The notes under the pieces: generated by a model
What the model was told of the DNA's origin: nothing
The model's database searches: none
What the model saw: only the letters and a program-made list of their open reading frames with translations
Made by a program: the position numbers and the translations under genes
Assembly (NCBI GenBank): GCA_000092065.1
Contig: CP000585.1
Origin: Ostreococcus lucimarinus
Lineage: Eukaryota
Length of the DNA: 64,000 nucleotides
Reading direction: 5' to 3' (one strand)
Shown here: positions 21,049 to 31,500 of the stretch, in pieces
Numbering within the stretch: the first letter of the stretch is position 1
Layout: the number at the start of each line of letters is the position of its first letter

Positions 21049-22428
21049 TTAGTGCATTTGCGCTTTTTGAGCTTTCAAGTACGATTGCGGGAGCATGAGA
21101 AACTTCTCAACCTTGGGCACGTAAGCGCGCTGATTGAAGTTGTTGTACCCATTTGCCTCGATCGCATCTAAAATGTTTCTGTACACATCCAACGCACTCC
21201 AGACGGGCCAGCGAGCGTCCTTGTGCAAGCAGTTGACGCCATCTTCGGCGTCTTTAAACACTTGGCGCGCGCGTTCGATTTGAAACTTCATAAACGCCAC
21301 CCAGCGGTCGTCAACCTTGCCCGTGGACGGGCTGAACATACCTCGCAAAACCTCTTGCTCGGTGATGCCGAATCTGTTCAAATCCTCGATCGGGACGTAA
21401 ATGCGGTTGCGCGTTTGCGCATCTTCGCCGACGTCGCGCAAAATGTTTGTCAATTGATTCGCGAGCCCAAGCGCCAACGCAGCTTTGTACACCTTCTTGA
21501 CGTCGCCCTGGAAATTCTCGTCGCATCCCATGATGGGCATGGACATCAAACCCACCGTGCCGGCGACGCGGTAGCAATACTCGTAAAGCTCGTCGAAAGT
21601 CTCGTACCGCGGCTTAACGAGATCCATTCGCATACCATCAATCATGTCTCTGAACGGCTGAATATCGACCGGAAATCGCGAGAGGGTATCGCACAGCGTC
21701 GCGTCGATCATATCCACCGGCTTCCCGTCAAAGATACCCTCGAGGCGTTCTTCCCATCGATCGAGCGCTTCCGGGGTGATGTGCGACGCATTCGGTCCGT
21801 CGACTAGCTCATCCGTTCTCCGGCACCACACATAAATCGCCCAAATCGCTCGTTGCTTCTCCGGTGTCATGAGCTTTGTGCCGAGATAAAACGTCTTCGC
21901 GTACTCAGCCGTCACTTCTCTGCAGCGTTCGTACGCCGCGTCCAAACTCTCGATCGGCACGTTAATCTTCGGCGCTCGCTCGTTCGCCGTTTGTCTCGCC
22001 ACGCACGCCTCCAACGCGCGCTGTTCCACCTCGTACCCACTCGCCCCATCCCCGACGACGTCCTCCGGACGTCGTCTCGCGCTCGCCGGGGCGCTCAGCA
22101 ACGATCCATCCACCACCGCGCGATTCTTATTCCGCATCACTCGCGTCCCACTCGACGTTTTCCCCGTCGACGCGTTCGATGACACCGCCATCGTCACCAC
22201 CGCGCGTTCCCGCGCGCGTCCTCGCGTCGCCGCCGTCGCCGTCGTCGCCGCCGTCGTCGTCGTTCGTCCCCGTCCTATCGCCGCCGTCCCGCGCGCGCCT
22301 CGCGTCGCGTTCGCCATCGCGCGCGTCGCCATCGCGCGCGTCGTCGTCGCTCGGATCGACGCTTTCCGCGATCGTCGCTCGGATCGGCGCTCGCGTCGCG
22401 CGTCGTCGCGTGCGCGCGCGCGTCGCAA
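21049..22428 (-). CDS. PSY: Phytoene synthase with N-terminal transit-peptide-like leader, 459 aa
   Basis: Signatures [18 protein letters not shown] and [32 protein letters not shown] are diagnostic of phytoene synthase rather than squalene synthase. The leader is rich in R/T/A/S. Confidence 0.85.
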   Translation of the reverse strand: MRRARARDDARRERRSERRSRKASIRATTTRAMATRAMANATRGARGTAAIGRGRTTTTAATTATAATRGRARERAVVTMAVSSNASTGKTSSGTRVMRNKNRAVVDGSLLSAPASARRRPEDVVGDGASGYEVEQRALEACVARQTANERAPKINVPIESLDAAYERCREVTAEYAKTFYLGTKLMTPEKQRAIWAIYVWCRRTDELVDGPNASHITPEALDRWEERLEGIFDGKPVDMIDATLCDTLSRFPVDIQPFRDMIDGMRMDLVKPRYETFDELYEYCYRVAGTVGLMSMPIMGCDENFQGDVKKVYKAALALGLANQLTNILRDVGEDAQTRNRIYVPIEDLNRFGITEQEVLRGMFSPSTGKVDDRWVAFMKFQIERARQVFKDAEDGVNCLHKDARWPVWSALDVYRNILDAIEANGYNNFNQRAYVPKVEKFLMLPQSYLKAQKAQMH

Positions 22429-22601
22429 TCCCGCGCGCGCGCGCCGCGGAAAGCGTCGATCCTATCCACGCCGCGGCGAATGTCCGACCGACCGCGTGGC
22501 GCGATCGATGTCGTATGGGAGTCAGTGAGCGCGGGCGAGACTGGATTACACGGTCGTCGAGGCGGTCGCGGTCGCGCACTTCTTCGCCTCCTCGACGGCG
22601 C

Positions 22602-23096
22602 TCACTTCTTCGCCTCCTCGCGATCGGTGACCAAGATTAAATGACTGCCGAACTGCGTGTCCACCGGCCCTAGGACGGCGCCGATCTCGCCGCTGAAGAC
22701 GACGGCGTCGAACTCCTTGACCATTTGTCCCGGCTTGAACGCGCCGAGCTCGCCGCCCTTCTTGGCGCTCGGACACGTCGAGTGCTGCTCCGCCACGCGC
22801 GCGAATTTCGCTCGTAACGGTGCGCCTCCGGCGACGTCGGCTTCGATCTCCGCCTTGAGCGCCTCCGCGCGCGCTCGATCCTTCACGAGCACGTGCGACG
22901 CCGTCGCCGTCGGCCCGAACATCATCGACCCGAACGCGCGGTACACGAAGAACGCGATAGTCGCGACGAACACGCCTATAGAGCCGTACGTCAGCATCAC
23001 CGTCTCCGCGTCCGCGACGTCACCGAGCGGCGTCGCGCCCGTCGCGACGCGCGACGTCGTCGTCCGCGTCGTCGTCCGCGTCGCGCCCGGACGCAT
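22602..23096 (-). CDS. Parvulin-type peptidyl-prolyl cis-trans isomerase with N-terminal TM helix
   Basis: The C-terminal rotamase domain is HVLVKDRARAEALKAEIEADVAGGAPLRAKFARVAEQHSTCPSAKKGGELGAFKPGQMVKEFDAVVFSGEIGAVLGPVDTQFGSHLILV. A hydrophobic helix LTYGSIGVFVATIAFFVY lies upstream. The ORF extends to 23972 but that part is Arg/Thr-rich, so the true start is uncertain. Confidence 0.6.
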   Translation of the reverse strand: MRPGATRTTTRTTTSRVATGATPLGDVADAETVMLTYGSIGVFVATIAFFVYRAFGSMMFGPTATASHVLVKDRARAEALKAEIEADVAGGAPLRAKFARVAEQHSTCPSAKKGGELGAFKPGQMVKEFDAVVFSGEIGAVLGPVDTQFGSHLILVTDREEAKK

Positions 23097-23422
23097 CGCC
23101 GTCGTCGCGCGCGGCGTCGCGCGCGCGCGTCGCGTCGCGCGCGGCGTCGCGCGCGTCGGCGCCGTCGCGCGCGGCGTCGCCGTCGCCGTCGTCGTCGTCG
23201 TCATCGTCGCGCGCGCCGGCCGCGTCGTCGTCTCGCGCGGTCGACGCGCGGTCGATCGGTTCGCGATCGATCGCGCGCGCGCGTCGTCCAACCTCGCGCC
23301 GTCGATCGATCGCGCGCGCGCGAACCTCGCGCGCGGTGGTTCGAATCGCGACGCATCGCGTCCCGCCGGCGCGCGCATTCGTGCGCGACGGCGGACGACG
23401 ACGCCGCGGCGCGCGGCGCGCG

Positions 23423-25991
23423 GCGCGCACGAATGCGCGCGACGTCGTGCGTCGAGTGCGCGCGCGTCGTCGCGGACGCGCGCGCGACGCGCGAGCGACG
23501 CGAGGCGGCGGAGCGCGAGCTCGCGGCGGCGACGCGCGACGGCGCGTGCGCGCTCGAGCTGCTGCGCGCGGTGACGACGAGCGACGACGGCGAGGGCGAA
23601 GCGCTGACGGCGGCGGAGCGGCAGACGTGCGGGGTGCTGGCGGCGAACGCGCTGGGGACGTCTTGGCGCGGGACGGAGGCGACGACGCGCGAGGCGTGCC
23701 GAGCGGAGACGCTTCGCGCGTTGTTTCCGGCGAACGCGGGAGGCGAGGATGGTGGACGCGGAGGGCGAGCGTCGATGCGAGCGTTCGTGAATTGCGTGGA
23801 TGTTCTGGCGCAGTGCGGGTGCGCGGAGGGAGGAGAGGGGTGGGAATGGCGCGAGTTGTGGACGGCGCTCGACGCGGCGAGCGCGAGCGGCGAGGCGAGT
23901 CATCGAGAGGCGAGCGCGCGGACGTACGCGGTGCTTTGTGAATCGCTCGGTGCGCGCATGGTGAGCGAACATGAGAGGTTACTGGTGATGTTCGTGCGAA
24001 TGGTGTCGTCGGATGAAGACGCGAACGTGAGGTACGCGGCTTTGGACGGCGTCGGCAAGTTGGCGGGAAGTTGGTGCGTCGCGCCGACGCTCGGACCCGC
24101 GCTGTCCGCGTGCGCAGTCGAGTTGGTACGATGTGCGGAACGATCGCTAGAAATAGGAGACGGCAGGCTGCTCGGCGCGTCGCTCGAAGCGATGTCGGCT
24201 TTAGTCGGGGCGCGAGAGGACGTTTACGGCGCGCACAACGCCGCGCTGATTCAAATCTTGGAGCTCGCGCTACGCCTCGGCACCAATCCAAAGCTAGACG
24301 CCGGCTCTATTCGTGCGCCAGCACTGCTGATTTTGACAAAGATGGCGAAGAAGCACGCCGAGCTGTTGACGGAAACGATGGCTGGTCAGATTGATTTACA
24401 GTACGACCCGCACGTTTTGGGTCAGGGCGGTCCAATTTCCGCCGCGCTCGTGCCGCCGTTGCTGACGATTTCTTTGGAAGCCGAAGAGCGTTCATTTGAT
24501 GACGAAGATGTCGAGGGCGAAGGTTTGGACGAACAGAGTTCGTCGCCCGCGGCGTTAGCTCGAGGTGCTCTTCGCGCGCTTGCGAGTACGATTCCCAACC
24601 ACTTCGTCGTCGCCCCGGCGCTGAATCTTCTCGAGCGGCTGCGAGGCGGCGCGAACGCACCCGCGGCGTGGAGAGTGTTTGCGGCGATCACAGAAGGTAC
24701 CCAAGGTGAGGGCGTGACATCACATCTCCCGGTGCTCATTCCCGAGCTCACTGAGACCATGAAATGCGTCGATGTGAATCTCAGAGTTGCCGCGATGGAG
24801 GCCATGTGCATGATGGCGACGCACTGTCAGCCAGAGATGGCGGATGAATACGCGGGTACGACTTTCTCGCTCATCGCGAGCATGTTGACACACGCGCCTC
24901 GAAGTTGCCAGTGGGCTGTGCACGGTGCGTTATCGAAGATGTGCGAAAACTCCCTCGGTGAGGCAATCGCGCCGCTTATAGTGCCGCTCATAGAGGCTTT
25001 AAAGGCGCAGACGATGGACCTTTCTTGGCGTACAGCCGCGCGTGCGACGCATTCATTTGGTGCAGTGGCGCAATGCTCTCTTGATTACTTCACTCCGTAC
25101 GCTAGTGATATTTTGTCACTTTTGCTTGCTCGCGCTAAATCGGCGGAACAAACCGGAAACGGTACGGAGTTGCAAGCGAGATCAGTGGCGACGATGGCGA
25201 CCATCTTGGGTGTCGTAGGCATCGAGCGCGCTCCGAATGGATTGCTTGAGTTGCTGCTCCAGACCGCGGCATCGGCGCTAACGTCCGCAGACACTATTGC
25301 TCGCGAGTGCGCGCACGAGTGCTTGGGTAGATTAGCCGTCGCACTGGAGGACAAGTTTGAGCCGTATGCGATCGATGCGGCATCTGCGGCAGTCGCGGCT
25401 CTCGCTCAAACAGAGTCAGCTTCGCATAGAACAGCCATCACCACTGGCGTCGTCGAAGAGCAGATGGCTGCGGCGGAGGCTTTGGGCCAGTACTTCAACA
25501 GCGGCGTGGTGTGTCTCCGGCCCTTCTTACCGACCACGCTCGAAGCGCTTGCGTTCGCATCTGATACGACTCGACCGACACCGCTTCGGTTGGCGGCAAT
25601 TCGCGCCTTGGAGTTCATATTCTCTCCGTGGTCGAGTGCAGAGAAGGGCGACGTCGCGTTTCTCGCTCTCAGTACGGCGACGATTAAGCTTCTTTGCGAG
25701 CGCGTCAGATTCGATCCGGACGCCGCCGTGGTGTTAGCCGCGATCCAAGGCATCAGCGAGTTATTAGATAAGGCAAAAACTTTGGCAACTTTACCTATGG
25801 ACGTTCTTGAGGGCGCAAAAGACGCTGCGGAAGTTGTTATTCGCTGGCAAAGCGTGTGTCAAATCGAGTTCGAGGCAAAAGAAGACGCTGCGGAGAACGA
25901 CGACGACGACGAAAGCGATGATAATGATATTTTTGACTCAATGGTGTTTTGGGCTGAACGAATCGCGCCACAGGACGAAGATAGCGACTGA
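23423..25991 (+). CDS. HEAT/ARM-repeat protein, importin-beta-like, about 855 aa
   Basis: Long array of amphipathic helical repeats with an acidic C-terminus. The track ORF starts at 22893 but its first about 177 codons are poly-Arg antisense to the parvulin gene. The Met at 23423 (MRATSCVEC) is the first plausible start. Confidence 0.45.
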
Positions 25992-26004
25992 GACTTTTGT
26001 AAAA

Positions 26005-28476
26005 TTAATGTAAATGCCTCTGTCTGATTCTATCGCCAAACTTTATTGCGAACAGTCCGCAGAGCGTGCACGCACAAAGTAAACCAGTCAGTCCGAAAAG
26101 ATTGCGTCCAACGTGATCATATTCGACGCCAATGACATTCAAGTAAGTTGCGCCGCGTACTGGGACCTTGACTTGCTGGCCATCGAAGTCAGCATTGAAC
26201 AAGTACGGACCGCCTCGCATCTCGGAGGCAAGAATGCCTCCCCATGAGAAATAGAAAGGCGATAGGTAACGCACCCACGCACTTCCGCGGGGGAGTAATT
26301 TGACGTTTATCAAGAATCCAGCAAACACTGCATCGACGAGTAAGACGACAGTGTTGGCCAAAGTTGTGGCAGCCGTTGAAGTAGAAACAAACGTCATCGT
26401 GGCGCACTGAGCCGACTGACATAAAATAAAAAGCAGAATGAAGGCAAGAAAGGTAAAGAACGCGGTGAACGAAAGTCTAAGACCCATCAAAAAGTAGAAA
26501 ACCACAATTGCGAGACAGGCCGGTGGGATTCTCAAAAACAGCCAATCGATTGCGAGTTTGGTGAAAAAGTACAGCTCGCTTCCGTAGAACTTGGCGCGGA
26601 CTTGTCGCCTCGCAATTTCCCGTTCGTTGTTTATCCCATCGATAAGAGTCATCGCTGACAATGCAAAGTACACCAGAAGAAAGAACGTAGATCCCATTCG
26701 ATTCTGGAAGCCCTCGAGATCGTTAGTCGCGTCAGTCAGAAGACCTAAAATCAAACCGATCACGATTGGCGTAAAATAGTGCGAGACTAGCACTCTTCGC
26801 TCTCTACTGATGACCGCAAACGCACGCCACAAGAGCACGCGTGCTGTTTTTATGGCAGATGTGTACTCATCGTACATACATTCGGCGGCTGGAACTTGAA
26901 GTCTGGAGTGTTGTTTCGACGCCACCGACGATGGCTTTTCGTCGCGCGTCGCTTGTACTGCACAGATGAAACGATTCTGCTTGGCTTCATCGCATGCGAT
27001 ATCCAACAACCACTCCGCAGTGCTCACTCCAGGCGGAGCTTCCATGTCAATCATAGTCAACGTATTATCAAGCTCGGCCGGCGAACCCGTCCACAGCAAG
27101 CGGCCGTTCTGCGTGAGAACAAGAATTTTGTGAAAATTATCCAGGACACGCCTCGACGGTTGATGCACGGTTGCGACGACGACCTTTTCTTGGTGAGATG
27201 CGAGATCACGCAGGAGTGTGAATACGCGCCAGGACGTGTGTGCATCTAGTCCAGAAGTCGGCTCATCTAAGATAATCGTTGTTGGATCCACAACCAGCTC
27301 CTGCGCGATCGCAACCCTGCGCAATTCGCCTCCACTCAATGTTTGTTTCTGTGACAGCGTCCCGCCAACGCGAGAGTTGGAGACGTGTGTTAATCCGAGA
27401 GAATTTATGACATCATGAGTGCGCTCATGCAGCTCGTTCGCGTGCAAGAACCAGGGTAGTCGTAGGCTTGCTGCGACCCAGCACGTTTCGTAAACGCTTA
27501 ACTGCGCGATCATAGGCGTGTGCTGCGCAACAAACGCGAGGTTGTGTCGCTTTTCGTCCAACTCTTCTCCATTTACCAATATCGTTCCACTTTTGAGAAA
27601 GTTTCCGTGAACAAGCGCGTTCATGAGCGTCGTCTTTCCACAGCCGCTCGGTCCCAGAACGCCCACGATTTCCCCTGGGTGAAACGTCGCACTTACGTCA
27701 TCAATTATGATGCGATCATCATCCACGGAGCACGTCACGTTTTTCAGCTCTACCGTAGTAGGGTACTTATAACGTGGCACTACGTTGTGCGCAAAGATTT
27801 CACGGAGTTTCCAACGCTGCTGAGATCTAAATCTGACAAAGACGAACGCGGCCATGCCCACAACGCCAGCCACAACGCCGAGTGCGATGCCTGCAGTCGC
27901 CGCTGACTTGTCCGAAGTCTCCATCCCTCCAGTTCCATTCATAGCTTCTACCGCACCAAATGCATCCTCAATATCCGGACGAATGTACGATTCATTCGTG
28001 TTTCGAGCTTCTACCGCACCAAATTCATCCTCAATATCCGGACGAATGTACGATTCATTCGTGTTTCGAAGCCATTCCGTCGGCATCGGTGGAGCGCGAG
28101 GCGGCGGTGGCGTCGTCAAACAAGGCAAATCGTCTCGAGGACACTGCGAAACTCGAAGGAACGCCGCGATGGTCGCCCCGTTTTGTAATAGTACGTCTAG
28201 ATTCTGCACCGCACATGCGTCCAGGTCCAGTTGCGACACGTCATACCCAGCTTGCGCCAATCTCTCGCCTAAGAAGCACACGCAGCTCTCGCAGAGGTCT
28301 TCGAGCGACAGGGAGCACGCCTCGCCGAGCCCAACCAGATCAACTCGGCCAGCGTCGATCGGGCACGTGTTTTGCGCGAGAGCGATGACGAAGTGCGATG
28401 AGACGACCAGATATACGATGAGAAACTTGAAACGCATGGTTGCGGCTCGGAGTGAAGCCCGCCTCGATACCGACAT
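26005..28476 (-). CDS. ABCG (White-type, NBD-TMD) half transporter with extra N-terminal signal peptide, Cys-rich ectodomain and one TM, 823 aa
   Basis: Walker A is GPSGCGKTT, the ABC signature is LSGGELRRVAIAQELV, and Walker B is IILDEPTSGLD, followed by 6 C-terminal TM helices. The N-terminus has MRFKFLIVYLVVSSHFVIALA (signal), about 180 aa with many Cys and a duplicated 21-aa unit, then TM GIALGVVAGVVGMAAFVFV before the NBD. Confidence 0.85.
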   Translation of the reverse strand: MSVSRRASLRAATMRFKFLIVYLVVSSHFVIALAQNTCPIDAGRVDLVGLGEACSLSLEDLCESCVCFLGERLAQAGYDVSQLDLDACAVQNLDVLLQNGATIAAFLRVSQCPRDDLPCLTTPPPPRAPPMPTEWLRNTNESYIRPDIEDEFGAVEARNTNESYIRPDIEDAFGAVEAMNGTGGMETSDKSAATAGIALGVVAGVVGMAAFVFVRFRSQQRWKLREIFAHNVVPRYKYPTTVELKNVTCSVDDDRIIIDDVSATFHPGEIVGVLGPSGCGKTTLMNALVHGNFLKSGTILVNGEELDEKRHNLAFVAQHTPMIAQLSVYETCWVAASLRLPWFLHANELHERTHDVINSLGLTHVSNSRVGGTLSQKQTLSGGELRRVAIAQELVVDPTTIILDEPTSGLDAHTSWRVFTLLRDLASHQEKVVVATVHQPSRRVLDNFHKILVLTQNGRLLWTGSPAELDNTLTMIDMEAPPGVSTAEWLLDIACDEAKQNRFICAVQATRDEKPSSVASKQHSRLQVPAAECMYDEYTSAIKTARVLLWRAFAVISRERRVLVSHYFTPIVIGLILGLLTDATNDLEGFQNRMGSTFFLLVYFALSAMTLIDGINNEREIARRQVRAKFYGSELYFFTKLAIDWLFLRIPPACLAIVVFYFLMGLRLSFTAFFTFLAFILLFILCQSAQCATMTFVSTSTAATTLANTVVLLVDAVFAGFLINVKLLPRGSAWVRYLSPFYFSWGGILASEMRGGPYLFNADFDGQQVKVPVRGATYLNVIGVEYDHVGRNLFGLTGLLCACTLCGLFAIKFGDRIRQRHLH
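27943..28074 (-). repeat. 66-bp tandem duplication (2 copies) in the ABCG ectodomain coding region
   Basis: cttctaccgcaccaaat(g/t)catcctcaatatccggacgaatgtacgattcattcgtgtttcga is repeated. It encodes RNTNESYIRPDIED(E/A)FGAVEA twice. Confidence 0.75.
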
Positions 28477-28591
28477 AGTTTTGGTGACTGTCTCGGGATC
28501 GTCAGCGCGTGGCGACGAGCGTTTGAACGTCGACGATTACTATTGCAAACGACAACGCACGCGCTAAAGACTATGAACTAATTCTAAAGTG

Positions 28592-31500
28592 CTACATTTT
28601 GAATATTTTTGTGTAGTCGAATGCGAAATCGATCGGATTACCGCGCGAAATCGCGATTGGAATGTCTCCTTCTGCTTTTGCAGGAGATTTGCATCGCACG
28701 CTTCCGTCGCCGTTGAACAGCGCGTGGATGGGACCAGTGGTGCCGAATTTACACCAAACTGGAGTGTCTGGAGGGAAATAACTACTCGCAACAGTGAGTG
28801 TGGTACCACCAGCGCGAGTCCCAGCAAGTGGTGACAACGAAGAGAGCGGCATATTTTCAATCGGTTCAAAGACGATTTGAGAACCGGTCCAATCGTCCGC
28901 ATTCAAGGAGAGATCAACCACAAGGGGCGCGTCCATCAAACCGATGGAGAACGTGGGAGTCTCACATCGCATGATCGTGGAAGACACATGAACGGCACCA
29001 ACGGTATACATCCCGCCGAAGCGGCAAGATAAGCCGTCCACCGACGTTCCTGGCATCATCGGCGATCCATGTGAGGCGACAGAAACGGATTGAATCAAGT
29101 TGTCTCCGTGCACATTGATGACTGTCCCACCCCCGAAGACGCCCATCTCCGGGTATACCATGTCGATTTCTGGTGCTTCTTGGAACTCGAACTGAATCCC
29201 AATTGCAGTGTACGAAGTCCCAGCTTCGGAACTGGGCGACAGTTGCACTGGCACAAAGCCTGCGTCACTCGATGGTGTCAAGCACTTGGCCGTGCTCGAA
29301 TCGCTGATGAAACCGTTTCCATATCTCGAAAAAAACTTGCACGCTAACGAAGAGGGTACAGAAGCACTGAACGAGAATGAAATTAATGTGCCTCCTGAGT
29401 TGGGTCCGAAGAGGTTCGTGGCGGAATTGATACCACCAGTGAAGTCTGGTACAGGAGTGACTGTGGCGTCGGTGTCGCTGTCAGAACTTGCAGAGTTGAC
29501 AAATTTGCTGTAATCCAGCATGTTGTTTGACACTCTGACCGAATAAGTCTGAGGTTTAAGACCAGGAGCGACGCAATTCAAAATCGTAGCGCTCACATAA
29601 GTAGCTCGAACATGAATTTCACCAAACTTGCAAAATAAATCGCGGTTCGACACGAACCCACTTCCAGTTAACTTGACGAGCCTGCCTCCTGATTCCAGAG
29701 TTTCCAAAGCGGCGGCATTCGTCATGCTTGGCAAACTGCGGTACTTCATAACGGCTCCTGCCGAGCCCCACGAATCGGAATCGACGAAACCTGTGGATGT
29801 GTAGATGCTGGCAGTCGCATCAGAGGCGCCCGCTGGGGCCTCGAAGCGAATCAACGCCGAAGACAAAAAGCTCTGTGAAATGTATGGGTTCGTCTGTGCC
29901 ACATCGCCGAGACGAATCGACGTCATGCCCTCGACGAAGTTCACTCCTGACACGACCGCGACAGTGCCACCTCCCGTCACCGCAATGTTTGGCTGAACAG
30001 TGGCGGATGATGCGCCATCCACGTAAGCGAGCTGCGGGACATTCACAGTCAGATTTGCTCCTCCTGGGAGTTGAAGTATCGCAAAGTTGACCGAGTGAAT
30101 TTGCGTGAGGATTCCGCCTATGTTATTGGCTTCTTGACAGAGCGTGTACTGCGGCGCAGCTGGATTGCACGTCGGTACTGACGAAGGCAGGCTACCGATG
30201 TGCGCGTGCAAACGAACGAATACGTTGTCCTTCGCCGGTACGACACTCGGGATGAGCGGACTCGGTTCGAATGGCTTGAAGAACGTCAACTCTGCCTCGT
30301 ATGGATCACTTCTCGCCGATAAGGCGTGCGACAAAAACAGCATTTTATTTCCACTGACAGTCGCGGGGCTGATTGCTTCGACTTGTGCAGCGGTCACCCA
30401 GCGCAAAGCGAGAGGCGAAATCGTACCAAGTGACGCATACAGATCATACACTTGCATACCCAAATCAGTTCCGAAAATGTTCATGGCGCTACCGCCATCG
30501 AGGAATAAGCTATCCGCTTGTAAACTCGTAATAGCTGGTCGCATGATCGAGTTAAGCTCGGCTTGCCCATCTTCCGGTGTCGTACCCAATAAGCCAGCCG
30601 TCAGGCCAATTTCAATCAGGGGATCTGCGTACGGTGACTCGCAAATAATCAACGATGAACTCACAAAGTGTGCATCGATGGCGAACGTCGCGGTGAACTC
30701 GTTCTGATACCAAGGCGAGAACATGCACACTAATCCGTCCGAAATCGCATCGACCAGCATGACAGAGACTAATGTGCCGCCGCCGGTGTGAATCACCTCT
30801 GGCCCCCACGCGTCGATTGTCGGCGACGTGACATAATGGAAACTACCAGAGAACGACGTATTGGCGGCATCAGGTCCTGTGATTATGATGGGATACATTC
30901 CTTCGATGAACGAATCTCGTTCCAACGTGCATAGAATGGAGTAGATATTCGTCGTCACAGAGTAAGTACTCGTTAATGTAGTACCTCCCGTGAGGCAACC
31001 TCGTGAGGAGACGTTTTGAGCTGGATACGGCGCTTCGTAAAAGGCCTCAACGGTCGCAACTTGATCCGTCACGTGACCAGCGCGAGGAAGGACATCCTTG
31101 ATTTTCGCTGGGAAAACGTAATCAAGCGTCAAAATAGAATCCACCGACGTACCAGATGGTAACGCGGGGTTCGCAAGACTGAGCGTGAGCTCATAACGCC
31201 AGTCTCGCTTGTTCATGGAAATTTGAAGATGCACGCTCTCTTTGCTGTGAGCCGGAGAGATACACTTGAGTACTTTGGAATCGTATGCACGTGCATAAAA
31301 AGGACCAATTGTGCCGGCACGGCACCAAATAGTGGACGGCGCTGAAAGTTTATCACCACTGACGATCAATGTCGACCCCCCTTCGATAGGGGAAAACGTG
31401 GGCGAGACGGATGAAAGTAACAGCTGATCGAGCGCAGTGAAGGCAGTCGATGGCGAATGCTCATGCGTCGACGCGTAAAGCGCTTTTGTTCCTTTCGTCG

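Noticed and set aside
22893-23422. Poly-Arg N-terminal 177 codons of the importin-like ORF, and the overlapping minus ORF 23020..24291
   Set aside because: These are shadow ORFs over the parvulin gene and its leader. The helical-repeat protein begins after them.
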